A stretch of DNA of 64,000 bases from the NCBI GenBank assembly GCA_041577295.1, contig JBFGJG010000016.1, positions 1 through 64,000 of the forward strand, written 5' to 3'. The DNA is from Gemmatimonadales bacterium (GTDB lineage Bacteria > Gemmatimonadota > Gemmatimonadetes > Gemmatimonadales > GWC2-71-9). Position 1 is the stretch's first letter. Every line of letters begins with the position of its first letter. Both the position numbers and the translations under genes were made by a program. Below are positions 55,102 to 64,000 of the stretch, one piece after another. The notes below the pieces were generated by a model that did not search any database, was not told the DNA's origin, and worked only from the letters and a program-made list of their open reading frames with translations.

Positions 55102-56634
55102 TTACCGTGCGAGCGTCGATTGCGCCAGGCTGCGGAGCATGCCGCGTGGATCCGGGGTGAACCCGCGAACATGCGGGCTCCAGAACGCCTGGTACCCCTG
55201 GTACGATAGGATGTAGTAGGGAACATCTTCCGCAATGATGTGGGCGACTGATCGATAGATGGCGGTGCGATCGCTCTTGCGCTCCGCGCTCCGACCTTCT
55301 TCGAGCAGCCGGTCGACGCGTGGATTGGTGTAGCGGCCCCAATTGAGCCCACCGCTCGAGTGCAGCTGCTCGAACGTCACCCGGTCCGGATCAATGATCT
55401 GTGTCCAGCCCAGGAGAATGATCTCGAAATCTCCCGCGTCCCGTCGTGCCGAAAATGACGCCCAGTCGGAAACCTCGAGCGTCGTGCGTATCCCGGCGTT
55501 CCGGAGCGTGTTCTGCATGAACTCTACGGTCTGCACGCGATTGAGGTCCTCACTGTGCGTTCCGAGCCGAATCACCAAATCCCGGCCATTCTTTTCCCGC
55601 ACGCCATCACCGTCCGCGTCATTCCAACCCATCGAGGAGAGCAACGCCGCAGCCCCGGTCGGGTCGTATTGCGGCTGCCCGATCGCGGGAGAGTGTGCCC
55701 ACGAGCTCGTGGGGAACAACGAGGACGCCGGCTCGTCCATGCGCTCGTAGATCTGCTCGATGATGGTGGCTTGATCCACCAGCATCGCCAGCGCCCGACG
55801 CATCCGTACATCCGCAAGCAGCGGCGTGGCCGTATTGAAATTGAGATAGGTGACCGCAATTCCAGGCATCACCTCGTGCTGGAAACGGCCTCGTCCGATC
55901 AACCGCTGCACATCCTGAGGGGCAAGCGGCGACTGGATGATGTCCAGGTCCCCCGCTTCGAACGCCTGCGCTCGCGCAGTGTTGTCCGGTACGACGATCA
56001 CGTCCACGCGCGACACCGTTGGTGCTCCGTCCCAATAGTCCGCATTAGCGTCGAGCACGATTCGGTGACCCTTGCTCCAGCGGGCCAGCCGATACGGCCC
56101 ACTTCCCACCGGCTGGTTTCCCAAGTCATGGTCCTCGTCCGTCAGGTGGTGCGGCACGATCCCCATGTCCAGGTACGCAAGAAAAGGGGCGTACGGCTCG
56201 TGCAGGGTGAACTGGACAGTATGCCGGTCGAGTGCGGCAACATCTGCGATCGGTGTGTACAGCCGGCGTTGTGGAGCGTTGAGGCTGGGATCCAGTAGGG
56301 TCTGGAACGTGGAGACGACGTCCGCGGCAGTGACCGGGGTGCCGTCGTGGAACCGTGCCGTCTCGCGAAGGTAAAACACCCACGTCGTCGGAGTGGGATG
56401 TTCCCATCTACGAGCCAGATTTGGAGTTGGCTCGAAGGTCGAATCGACAAGGACCAAGCCGTCGTATAGCAGATTGATCACGCGGTACCCCGTGGTATTG
56501 CGTGTCAGACGCGGATCGAGGCTTTCGGCATCGACGTCCGTGCCAACGCGTACCACGTCGACTGACCTACCGCGCTCGCCACAGCCGATGGCGAGCAGGC
56601 CGAAGATGAGAGTCGCACATCGAAGCGCGGTCAT
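55102..56634 (-). CDS. ABC transporter substrate-binding lipoprotein (family 5)
   Basis: Lipobox AIGC, SLDP, LYDGL, FHDGTPVTAADV, PVGSGPY. Confidence 0.92.
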   Translation of the reverse strand: MTALRCATLIFGLLAIGCGERGRSVDVVRVGTDVDAESLDPRLTRNTTGYRVINLLYDGLVLVDSTFEPTPNLARRWEHPTPTTWVFYLRETARFHDGTPVTAADVVSTFQTLLDPSLNAPQRRLYTPIADVAALDRHTVQFTLHEPYAPFLAYLDMGIVPHHLTDEDHDLGNQPVGSGPYRLARWSKGHRIVLDANADYWDGAPTVSRVDVIVVPDNTARAQAFEAGDLDIIQSPLAPQDVQRLIGRGRFQHEVMPGIAVTYLNFNTATPLLADVRMRRALAMLVDQATIIEQIYERMDEPASSLFPTSSWAHSPAIGQPQYDPTGAAALLSSMGWNDADGDGVREKNGRDLVIRLGTHSEDLNRVQTVEFMQNTLRNAGIRTTLEVSDWASFSARRDAGDFEIILLGWTQIIDPDRVTFEQLHSSGGLNWGRYTNPRVDRLLEEGRSAERKSDRTAIYRSVAHIIAEDVPYYILSYQGYQAFWSPHVRGFTPDPRGMLRSLAQSTLAR

Positions 56635-56781
56635 GCAGCTTGTGGGCCTGGCTTCAGGAAAGTCGAAAGATGATGGGACACTCGGAGCGCGGCCAGCCAG
56701 CAGCCAGATGTGTGCAGGGAGAGTACCTTTACCGTCGCCGTTTCCACGTCGTCGTAAACCTTCAACGCGAGGCTCGCTGTC

Positions 56782-57315
56782 ATGCGTGCTACCCTATTCA
56801 TCGCTGTCGTTATGCTGATTGTCGCACCGCTCAGCAACGCGGCCGCGCAGTCTTCAGATGCCATCCGCGAGGGGCAGATGCGGATGTTAGAGCTCCAACG
56901 AACGTTGTTGCTCTCCATGGCCGATTCGATGCCCGAACGGCTCTATCGGGACGCAGCGACGCCGGGTCAACGAGATTTTGCCCGGCAAGTGCATCACGCA
57001 GCAGGGGGCGCGGTTGGCATCGCCTCCCGGTTCGCTGGTGGGAGCGCACGGCCTGAGCTGCCCGATACCGCCACCGCACTGAACAGCCGCGCGGGCCTCA
57101 AGAGCTTCGTCAATGCCGCGTTTGACCATTGCGTGACGCTGCTCGAGAGCGAGACCGACGCACAGCGGGCAGAAAAGGTGCAGTTTTTTGGAAAGGAGAT
57201 CCCACGCTGGCAGGTGTGGGACGAGATTCACCAGCACACCATTTGGACTGCCGGCCAGGTGGTCGCGAACTTCCGCAAGCACGGGATGGCGCCGCCTCCG
57301 TTCGCCTTCTTCTGA
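56782..57315 (+). CDS. DinB-like protein with signal peptide
   Basis: Signal peptide, ADSMPE..Y...TPGQRDFARQVHH, QHTIWTAGQ..NFRKHGMAPP. Confidence 0.75.
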   Translation: MRATLFIAVVMLIVAPLSNAAAQSSDAIREGQMRMLELQRTLLLSMADSMPERLYRDAATPGQRDFARQVHHAAGGAVGIASRFAGGSARPELPDTATALNSRAGLKSFVNAAFDHCVTLLESETDAQRAEKVQFFGKEIPRWQVWDEIHQHTIWTAGQVVANFRKHGMAPPPFAFF

Positions 57316-57329
57316 GTCAGCACCAATTC

Positions 57330-57360
57330 GGCCACGCCGCCCCTGCTCCGCGGCGTGGCC
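57330..57360. terminator. GC-rich hairpin, probable bidirectional terminator
   Basis: ggccacgccgc-N9-gcggcgtggcc between convergent genes. Confidence 0.6.
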
Positions 57361-57374
57361 TTCATTCCCTTGGG

Positions 57375-58193
57375 CTACGCGTCACCGTTGAGGAAGCTAC
57401 GGATCTGGTGCCAAAAGGCGGCTGGGTTGGAGTCGATTGGGAAGTGATCGCTGTTAGGAATCTCCGCTACGCTTACGTGGCCGGCCTCGAGCCGCGGCAG
57501 GTACGAGGGCCGGGGCGTTGCTGCACCGTAGATAAAGAGGCGGTCTTGCGGCAGGGTGACGAAATAGTCCACCAACGGCGCGTTGTCAGACCATTCGACT
57601 ATCGACCGACAATAGTCCACGAACGCTCGGGGCCACACGGTCTTCGGAAGCCGTTGTGCGTACGTGTCAAAGCCCACGCGACCTGAGTCGCGCAGTTCCT
57701 GCTGGACCGTGCGAACTACCTCGGAGGCGGATAGGTTCGCGGCGTGTGCCACCGCGGCGCGCGACACCACGCCACAGTCCTCCGGTGCCACATTACCCTC
57801 GATACTGATCAACCGACTCACCAGCTCTGGATAACGCCGGGCAAGCAACAGAGCGACGAGGCCACCAAAGCTGTGGCCGATAAGCGTTACCGCGGTGAGC
57901 TTCTCTGCCGTCAGGAATTTGTGCGTGATGGCGACCAGGTCCTCGATCGTGAGGCGTGCGCCTTCCGGATACGGTGTGTCACCACATCCGGGGAAGTCGA
58001 AGGCGTAAAGCGAAAATCCGTCCAGCTCCGCCCAGGCTGCTGCAAAGTCCTGTTTCGTGGAGCCGAGGCCGTGCAAATACACCACCGAGGGTCCGGTCCC
58101 GGGTCGCGCGTTGTACGCCAGCGGGAGCTCCGTGGCCCGGTGCGTCAGCGACAGCCGTCGGGGTCGTTGCGACAAATCGACACTGGTCATCAA
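57375..58193 (-). CDS. Alpha/beta fold hydrolase
   Basis: YLHGLG, DFPGCG, GHSFGG, SDHFP. Confidence 0.9.
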   Translation of the reverse strand: MMTSVDLSQRPRRLSLTHRATELPLAYNARPGTGPSVVYLHGLGSTKQDFAAAWAELDGFSLYAFDFPGCGDTPYPEGARLTIEDLVAITHKFLTAEKLTAVTLIGHSFGGLVALLLARRYPELVSRLISIEGNVAPEDCGVVSRAAVAHAANLSASEVVRTVQQELRDSGRVGFDTYAQRLPKTVWPRAFVDYCRSIVEWSDNAPLVDYFVTLPQDRLFIYGAATPRPSYLPRLEAGHVSVAEIPNSDHFPIDSNPAAFWHQIRSFLNGDA

Positions 58194-58753
58194 TACAGGC
58201 GCGCTTCAATCAACGGTGGAAAGTCGAGTCCCTTTCCCAACAGGCCACGAATGGTGACGATCTGCTCGATGTGCCGTTCTCCGTGATCGGCGTACAACTC
58301 CAGCAGGTTACGGAGCGTCACGGGTCCAAACTCAGGGTGCTGCGCCGCCCGCTGGATCCACTCAGCGTCGCGCGTCTGCTTGAAGATTGGCATCGTCGTC
58401 TCGCGCAGCAGGGTGAAAAGCTCAACCCGACGCTCGAATGCCTCCCGGTCCGTTGTCTGATAACGCAGCGCGCTTGCCCACAGGTCTTGATCGTACACCG
58501 GAAGCGTGGACCCGGACTGACCGTATGCCAACCGCACCCGAAGCGCCCCCATCACTTCGGCATCCGACAAATGGACGACGATCTGGAGAATGGACCACTT
58601 GTTTCCCGGCCGAGGCTGCGCATGAAGATCCTCATCGGTCAATCCTTCGAGCACCGCGCGTAAGCGGTCTGGGCCCTCCTCATAGGTAGCGACCAGCATC
58701 TCCGTGGAGAAGGACCGATACGTGTCCGGAAACGCTGCCACCTGTCCTGGCAT
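58190..58753 (-). CDS. DinB/YfiT-like metal-dependent protein
   Basis: KWSILQIVVHLSD, YDQDLWA, DHGERHIEQI. Confidence 0.88.
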   Translation of the reverse strand: MPGQVAAFPDTYRSFSTEMLVATYEEGPDRLRAVLEGLTDEDLHAQPRPGNKWSILQIVVHLSDAEVMGALRVRLAYGQSGSTLPVYDQDLWASALRYQTTDREAFERRVELFTLLRETTMPIFKQTRDAEWIQRAAQHPEFGPVTLRNLLELYADHGERHIEQIVTIRGLLGKGLDFPPLIEARLY

Positions 58754-58760
58754 ACACACC

Positions 58761-59669
58761 TCAAGGAAGAAGGAGTTCCGCCTCAAAGACGATCACCGCC
58801 CGTCCAGCAACGCGCACTGCCACGGGGCGCCCGTCCATGACGTCCACTGCGACGTCCACCACCCCGGGTCTCCCTATCGCTTCCCCCTGTGCGGCGCGGA
58901 AGGTAACGGTGGGGCAGGAAACCGGAAGGAGTTGGTGCCGCACCAGGTACGCACCGAGCGGCCCATTCCCATTGCCGGTCACCGGGTCCTCCGGAATACC
59001 AATGTGCGGCGCAAACATGCGGGCGTGCGTGGTGATGTCCGGATCGCTCGAGTCGAGCGTGAACACGAAAAACCCGCGGTTGGGAACGCTGGCACTCGCC
59101 CGCTCGAGCGCCGAGGGAGCCGGCCGAAGTGCGTTCAGAATCTCGCGTGTCCTGACACCAATCATGATCTTCGAGTGACCGGTGCTCACCAGCTGAACGG
59201 GGCATCGGGGATCGACGTCCGCCTCGACGATCCCCAATGCGCAGAGGACGGAGGCGCGTTCCAGTGTGTCGAGTGGGGGCGAAAGCGTCGGTGGGCCCTG
59301 CGTCATGACCACCCGGTAGTCGCCGTTATCGCGCACGATGTCCACCGGGAGTGTACCAATCCCGATTCGCTGCCGTACGCGGGTCGACTCGAGTCTGAGG
59401 GTCACGGCGCGGAGATAGTGCGCGGCAACGGTGGCATGGCCGCACGACGGGACCTCAGTGGTGGGTGTGAAGAAGCGGATACGGACATCGTGGTCAGGCC
59501 CGTCGGGGGGAAGCACGAACGCCGTTTCGGAGTTGCTTAGCTCACGAGCGATGAGCTGCATCTCTCGATCGCTCAACCCCGACGCCTCGAGCACCACACC
59601 AGCAGGGTTGCCTTCGAGCGGTTGCGCAGTGAACGCGTCCACCTGATGCACCACGACCGTCCGCGGCAT
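58761..59669 (-). CDS. PhzF family isomerase
   Basis: QVDAF, GNPAGV, SETAF, EVPSCGHAT, EDPVTG, QGEAIGRPG. Confidence 0.92.
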   Translation of the reverse strand: MPRTVVVHQVDAFTAQPLEGNPAGVVLEASGLSDREMQLIARELSNSETAFVLPPDGPDHDVRIRFFTPTTEVPSCGHATVAAHYLRAVTLRLESTRVRQRIGIGTLPVDIVRDNGDYRVVMTQGPPTLSPPLDTLERASVLCALGIVEADVDPRCPVQLVSTGHSKIMIGVRTREILNALRPAPSALERASASVPNRGFFVFTLDSSDPDITTHARMFAPHIGIPEDPVTGNGNGPLGAYLVRHQLLPVSCPTVTFRAAQGEAIGRPGVVDVAVDVMDGRPVAVRVAGRAVIVFEAELLLP

Positions 59670-59679
59670 CAAGGCTTGC

Positions 59680-59866
59680 TCACGCGATACCGGTCGTTGC
59701 GGAGACCCCTCGACGGTGTGCCGCCCGCACAAGATCAAGCACGAGCGGATCCGGCACGGGCGCAGACCGAAGAGCTTAGCTCGCGCACCGCATCGGTGAG
59801 CGTGCGCTCGGTAATCAGATGGGGCTCAAACGTCCCATTGAAATCTCCTATGAGACCTATCCGCAT
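59680..59866 (-). pseudogene. Collapsed remnant of a stand-alone CTP-synthase C-terminal-like glutamine amidotransferase
   Basis: GAGGT RBS + MRIGLIGDFNGTFEPHLITERTLTDAVREL, then in another frame PDPLVLDLVRAA...stop. Confidence 0.55.
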
Positions 59867-59930
59867 CCGCACCTCGGGTCACGGGTCTTGCCGTCGTTTC
59901 TGCCTGACATTACCCTTGGGATAAGTAGAA

Positions 59931-59971
59931 AGCAAATGCATAGTTTGCTGATGTCATATAAATAACATTCA
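59931..59971. promoter_or_regulatory. Putative LysR binding region
   Basis: AT-rich; T-N11-A TAAATAACATTCA at 59959-59971 and AGCAAA-N7-TTTGCT at 59931-59949, between divergent genes. Confidence 0.5.
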
Positions 59972-59977
59972 TATTTA

Positions 59978-60895
59978 ATGACCCTCGAGATTCGTCATCT
60001 CCAGCTGCTCGACGCTATCGGTGCCGAGGGAACAGTGAGCAAGGCAGCGAAGCGTCTCAATCTGACGCAACCGGCCGCAAGTCATGCGTTACGCAGCCTG
60101 GAGCGGCGGCTCGGTGTGGAGTTGTTTCGCCGTGAGCGGCGTCGAATGGTTCCCACCGTTGAGGGGGAGCGCCTGTTGCGCTCCGCCCAGGTTGTGCTCA
60201 CGGAGATCAGGCGTGCGGAGCATGACGTGTCACAGCTCAAAACCGGGTATCAAGGAGTACTGCGCATCACGACGCAGTGTTACACCTGTTATCACTGGCT
60301 TCCGGGTATCCTGCGCAGCTTCAATCAGACGTTTCCCAAGATCGACATCCAGATCGTCCCCGAGGGCACGAACAAGCCGTTTGAGAGCCTCCGCAATCGC
60401 ACGGTCGACCTCGCGATCGTGCATCACGAGCCGGAGGGATCGGACGTCGCGTTGCGCAAGTTGTTTCGGGACGAGCTGGTGGCAGTCGTCCCGCCAGGGC
60501 ATCGGTTTGCGAGCCGACGCTCGGTCACTGCCGCGGACTTCGCTGACGAGCAGGTGATCCTCCATTCGGCACCGTATCGGAGCACGTTTTACGAAGAGAT
60601 GCTCAAGCCGGCCGGTGTGGAGCCGCCGCGGATTCTGGCGTTGCAGCTGAGTGAGGCGGTGTTGGAGTCAGTGAAGGCGGGACTCGGTGTGAGCATCATG
60701 GCGCGGTGGACTGTGGAGCCGGAGGTGAAGCGTGGCGCGTTACGTGCGATCCGACTCACGCCCAAGGGTCTTTGGCGCGTCTGGTATGCAGCAGTGCTCG
60801 CATACCGTGCCGAGTCCCCAGCCCTGGTGTCGCTGATCGATTTGCTCAAGAAAAACGCTCTCTCGGCCGTCGAGTCATGCGCCGCCTCGGCGTGA
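59978..60895 (+). CDS. LysR family regulator (MetR-like)
   Basis: LEIRHL, AAKRLNLTQPAASH, TQCYTCYHWLP. Confidence 0.92.
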   Translation: MTLEIRHLQLLDAIGAEGTVSKAAKRLNLTQPAASHALRSLERRLGVELFRRERRRMVPTVEGERLLRSAQVVLTEIRRAEHDVSQLKTGYQGVLRITTQCYTCYHWLPGILRSFNQTFPKIDIQIVPEGTNKPFESLRNRTVDLAIVHHEPEGSDVALRKLFRDELVAVVPPGHRFASRRSVTAADFADEQVILHSAPYRSTFYEEMLKPAGVEPPRILALQLSEAVLESVKAGLGVSIMARWTVEPEVKRGALRAIRLTPKGLWRVWYAAVLAYRAESPALVSLIDLLKKNALSAVESCAASA

Positions 60896-61392
60896 TCGCG
60901 TCGGACACACTTCGACTGCGCGAGACCACGCCCGACGATCTCGAATTCGTCCTCGCCGCCGAGTCGGATGACGATACCCGCCCGTTCATTCTCCTGTGGT
61001 CTCGGCGACAGCATCTGGATGCACTCACTGATCCGGACGTCGGTCACCTGGTCTGCGAGACTGAGGCTGATCGTCGTCCCGTAGGCTTCGTCATGCTTGC
61101 CGGTCTCACGAACCCGCATGGGAGCATCGAGTTTCGCCGCATCGTTATCACGGAGAAAGGCAAGGGGCATGGTCGCGAGGCGGTGGAGCTGGTCAAGCAG
61201 TTTGTGTTCGAGCGCACCGGCGCGCATCGCCTCTGGCTCGATGTAAAAGTCGGAAATGACCGTGCGAAGAAGCTCTACGAAGGCGCCGGCTTTGTCGTGG
61301 AGGGCACGCTCCGTGAATGTCTCAAGGCAGAAAAAGGGTATGAGTCTTTGACGGTGATGGGGATGTTGCGGGGAGAGTGGGAGACGGGGTGA
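60877..61392 (+). CDS. GNAT family N-acetyltransferase
   Basis: KGKGHG, HRLWLDV..NDRAKKLYE..GFVVEGTLRE. Confidence 0.88.
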   Translation: MRRLGVIASDTLRLRETTPDDLEFVLAAESDDDTRPFILLWSRRQHLDALTDPDVGHLVCETEADRRPVGFVMLAGLTNPHGSIEFRRIVITEKGKGHGREAVELVKQFVFERTGAHRLWLDVKVGNDRAKKLYEGAGFVVEGTLRECLKAEKGYESLTVMGMLRGEWETG

Positions 61393-61405
61393 GCCTCTCT
61401 CCCCT

Positions 61406-62629
61406 CTACTCCAGCGGAACAAACACCCCGTCATCGATCACTCCATCCACCACCCGATACACCACGATCCCTGACCGCATGATCAAGGGCGGCGTGCCCA
61501 CCGGACCCACCACCGCAGGGGCTTGATAGAAACGCGTCTCGTGCCCCTCCATCTCGTAACGGATCTGCTCTCGCATATGCACGTGACCGCCAAGCGCCAG
61601 CGGGAACGGATGCCGGCCGAGTTCGGAGATCACAGCACGTGCATTCCGGACAACGTGACGAAAGTAGGAAACGCCGCCGATGCGAATGACCGTCGGTGCC
61701 GCGGATTCGTCGGTGTAACCACGTAGCTGCTCGCCGGTGCTCAAAAAGGGAATGTGGTTGAACGACACGACCGGCACCGTGTCGGGAACGTACGAGAGGT
61801 CGCGAACGAGCCATGCGAGTTGCAGGCTGTCGACGTGTCCGTGGTACCAGAGATCGTCAACGTCTATCGTGTTCAGCCCAACGAAGTGCACCCCGCCATA
61901 CGTAAACGAGTAATAGTCCGGACCCAGATAGTGCCGGTACATCTTCTTGCCGTAGAGCGGGTGCTCCTGACTGACGAGTGAGAGGTGGCGCTCGACGCCA
62001 AAGATCTCGTGGTTACCGGGCACCGTGAACACCGGCACGGCAAAGCGTCCGAGCTCGGCGACGAGCATCTCGTAATAGCTGGTCGCCACCGAGTCGGAGA
62101 CGCGCAGCGCATCACGTACCAGATCGCCTGTGACGAGAACGAACGCCGGTTGTAACGAGTCCACCAACTGACGCAACCGCTCCAAGCGCGGAAGACTGGT
62201 GTCGCTCAGGTGTGTGTCGGACGCATGAACGAAGGTGAACGAGCGCGCACGCGGGTGTCGTCGCATGGCGAACGTAAGGTCAGCGGTATTTGAGAGGCGT
62301 CGCCAGAACGTCCCAACAGCCTGCAACGTGTCCGGCGTCGAGACAAACACGATACCATACGGCGGGTCAGTCGGCAGTGCGAACTGCCCACGGTCATCCG
62401 TGAACACGACGTTCGCCTGATCCGACACGGCGATACCCGAAAGACCTCGTTCACCAGCCTCGCGGCTGCCGTTACCATTGGCGTCGAGGAAAACGACGCC
62501 TACCACCCCTTGGCCGCTCGTGACCGACCCGTTCGTGACCGAGCGATGCACCGACTGTGCGGTGGCAACCTCCGATCCAACCAACATCAAAAACGCGAGT
62601 GACACGAAGGTTACGAGTCTTGGCACCAT
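61406..62629 (-). CDS. Secreted metallophosphoesterase with N-terminal SdrD-B-like domain
   Basis: VFLDANGNG..EAGERG, SDTH, TGDL, GNHE, GHVH. Confidence 0.85.
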   Translation of the reverse strand: MVPRLVTFVSLAFLMLVGSEVATAQSVHRSVTNGSVTSGQGVVGVVFLDANGNGSREAGERGLSGIAVSDQANVVFTDDRGQFALPTDPPYGIVFVSTPDTLQAVGTFWRRLSNTADLTFAMRRHPRARSFTFVHASDTHLSDTSLPRLERLRQLVDSLQPAFVLVTGDLVRDALRVSDSVATSYYEMLVAELGRFAVPVFTVPGNHEIFGVERHLSLVSQEHPLYGKKMYRHYLGPDYYSFTYGGVHFVGLNTIDVDDLWYHGHVDSLQLAWLVRDLSYVPDTVPVVSFNHIPFLSTGEQLRGYTDESAAPTVIRIGGVSYFRHVVRNARAVISELGRHPFPLALGGHVHMREQIRYEMEGHETRFYQAPAVVGPVGTPPLIMRSGIVVYRVVDGVIDDGVFVPLE

Positions 62630-62747
62630 CTACCTCCATCTTTCAATCCACTCTATCCGCTCCCTTCTATCCCCTCCATCCTCAGCCCAGACTTGCCTGA
62701 TCACTTATCCGTAAGCGACCTTCTGTCGGCTTCACAACGTCATCTTC

Positions 62748-63560
62748 ATGATCTCTGATCTCGCCGCACTCCACCCGGTGCTACAAGCGCTGCTCGCCAC
62801 GCTATTCACGTGGGGCGTTACTGCGCTCGGGGCGGGCACCGTGTTTTTTACACGCCGACTCAACGTCCGCATGCTCTCTGCGATGAACGGATTTGCCGCC
62901 GGTGTGATGTTAGCGGCAAGCTACTGGTCGCTCCTCGCACCTGCTATTGAGATGGCCGCGGCATCTGGAGTACCGGCGTGGTTTCCAGCGGCGGCCGGGC
63001 TGCTGTTGGGAGCAGGATTCCTTGCGCTCACGGATCGTCTCCTCCCGCACCTTCACCCTGATCTCCCGAGGGAGCGGGCGGAAGGACCACCCACGACGTG
63101 GCACCGCAGCACCCTCCTCGTGTTGGCCATCACTCTGCACAACATCCCCGAGGGCTTGGCAATAGGGGTCGCGTTCGGCGCCGTGGCGGCCGATCTCCCG
63201 GCTGCAACGTTGGCCGGGGCCGTGGCCCTCGCCATTGGCATTGGACTCCAGAACTTCCCTGAGGGAGCGGCGATATCCCTGCCGCTGCGGGCGGACGGGC
63301 TCTCACAAGGCAGAAGCTTCTGGTGGGGACAGCTTTCGGCTGCTGTGGAGCCCGTCGCGGCGTGCGTGGGCGCCGCCGCCGTGTTAACCTTCACCCCCCT
63401 GCTCCCCTACGCGCTCGCCTTTGCCGCCGGTGCGATGGTGTTCGTGGTCGTCGAGGAGCTGATTCCTGCATCACAACGAGACGGAAACACCGACCTCGCA
63501 ACTGCCAGCACCGTGCTGGGATTCGCCGTGATGATGGTGCTGGATGTGGCACTCGGATGA
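62748..63560 (+). CDS. ZIP family metal transporter (GufA-like)
   Basis: [46 protein letters not shown]. Confidence 0.93.
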   Translation: MISDLAALHPVLQALLATLFTWGVTALGAGTVFFTRRLNVRMLSAMNGFAAGVMLAASYWSLLAPAIEMAAASGVPAWFPAAAGLLLGAGFLALTDRLLPHLHPDLPRERAEGPPTTWHRSTLLVLAITLHNIPEGLAIGVAFGAVAADLPAATLAGAVALAIGIGLQNFPEGAAISLPLRADGLSQGRSFWWGQLSAAVEPVAACVGAAAVLTFTPLLPYALAFAAGAMVFVVVEELIPASQRDGNTDLATASTVLGFAVMMVLDVALG

Positions 63561-63770
63561 AGTCCTTGCTCACCGGCGATGGTCGTTGCATTCTTGGGCT
63601 TGCGATCAGCGTGCTAGGTATGGTGAAGAGTGGTAAGGAGTGAGGAGGAGGGTAGGAAGTTCTGGCGGGACTTCTCGATCTTCCCTTCTCATTCCTTACC
63701 GCAGTCCGCAAGTGAAGAGGCAGGGGAACGTATGCTTTTACCTCTTCTGCTTCTGCCTCTCCTGCCCCAA

Positions 63771-64000
63771 CTACCGAACGTCTTGCGTGACCCTTGTAAG
63801 GCCATCCCTCGCCGCCTCGACCGAGGGTGCCAAGGCTGGATCGGCATCCGCCCACGAAGAGAGTACACGCTCGTAGTGACTCCTGGCGGCTTCCAACTGC
63901 CCCCCTCGCTCGGCAATCTGCCCCATCCGCAAATGGGCCGGCGCTTGATAGATCCGGTCGTAGACACTGTTGTTGTCAAACGAGCGGTACCACCGCATGG
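63771..64000 (-). CDS. C-terminal TPR end of a larger protein (partial)
   Basis: LRMGQIAER.GQLEAARSHYERVLSSWADADP; frame runs to the window edge. Confidence 0.7.
   Translation of the reverse strand, partial: MRWYRSFDNNSVYDRIYQAPAHLRMGQIAERGGQLEAARSHYERVLSSWADADPALAPSVEAARDGLTRVTQDVR

Noticed and set aside
54084..55352. 696-aa fused permease ORF
   Set aside because: The upstream part is an off-frame read of the DppB-like gene; the real start is the ATG at 54083.
58761..59669. Phenazine biosynthesis cluster
   Set aside because: Lone PhzF-family gene with no phzA/B/D/E/G.
1..64000. CRISPR arrays, tRNA/rRNA, riboswitches, IS transposases, prophage
   Set aside because: No regularly spaced repeats with spacers, no tRNA arms, no cas, transposase or phage genes seen by eye. 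An Infernal/Rfam scan would be needed to exclude small RNAs.

Overview
High-GC bacterial chromosome segment with about 55 CDSs. I found no rRNA, tRNA, CRISPR array or intact transposase. Gene content (Ig/Big_2 lipoproteins, PEGA/TPR Ser/Thr kinase modules, an ADOP permease remnant, TIGR03545/6) suggests a Gemmatimonadota-like organism; this is inference. The main result is a tightly coupled 7-gene operon (3115-8988, minus strand). It joins the myxobacterial alternative isovaleryl-CoA biosynthesis genes (aibR, aibA, aibB, aibC) to an archaeal-type HMG-CoA synthase / thiolase / DUF35 scaffold trio, and is preceded by a tandem 18-bp AibR-type operator. It looks like the archaeal mevalonate-entry complex rewired to make iso-branched primers. 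Also notable: pervasive 7-9-nt-period intergenic repeats in inverted pairs; three apparent collapsed genes that keep only their N- and C-termini; a probable CTG-start transporter; and a four-gene lipoprotein / kinase / TPR / outer-membrane barrel operon. All family calls come from motif recognition and recalled sequences, not from database searches.
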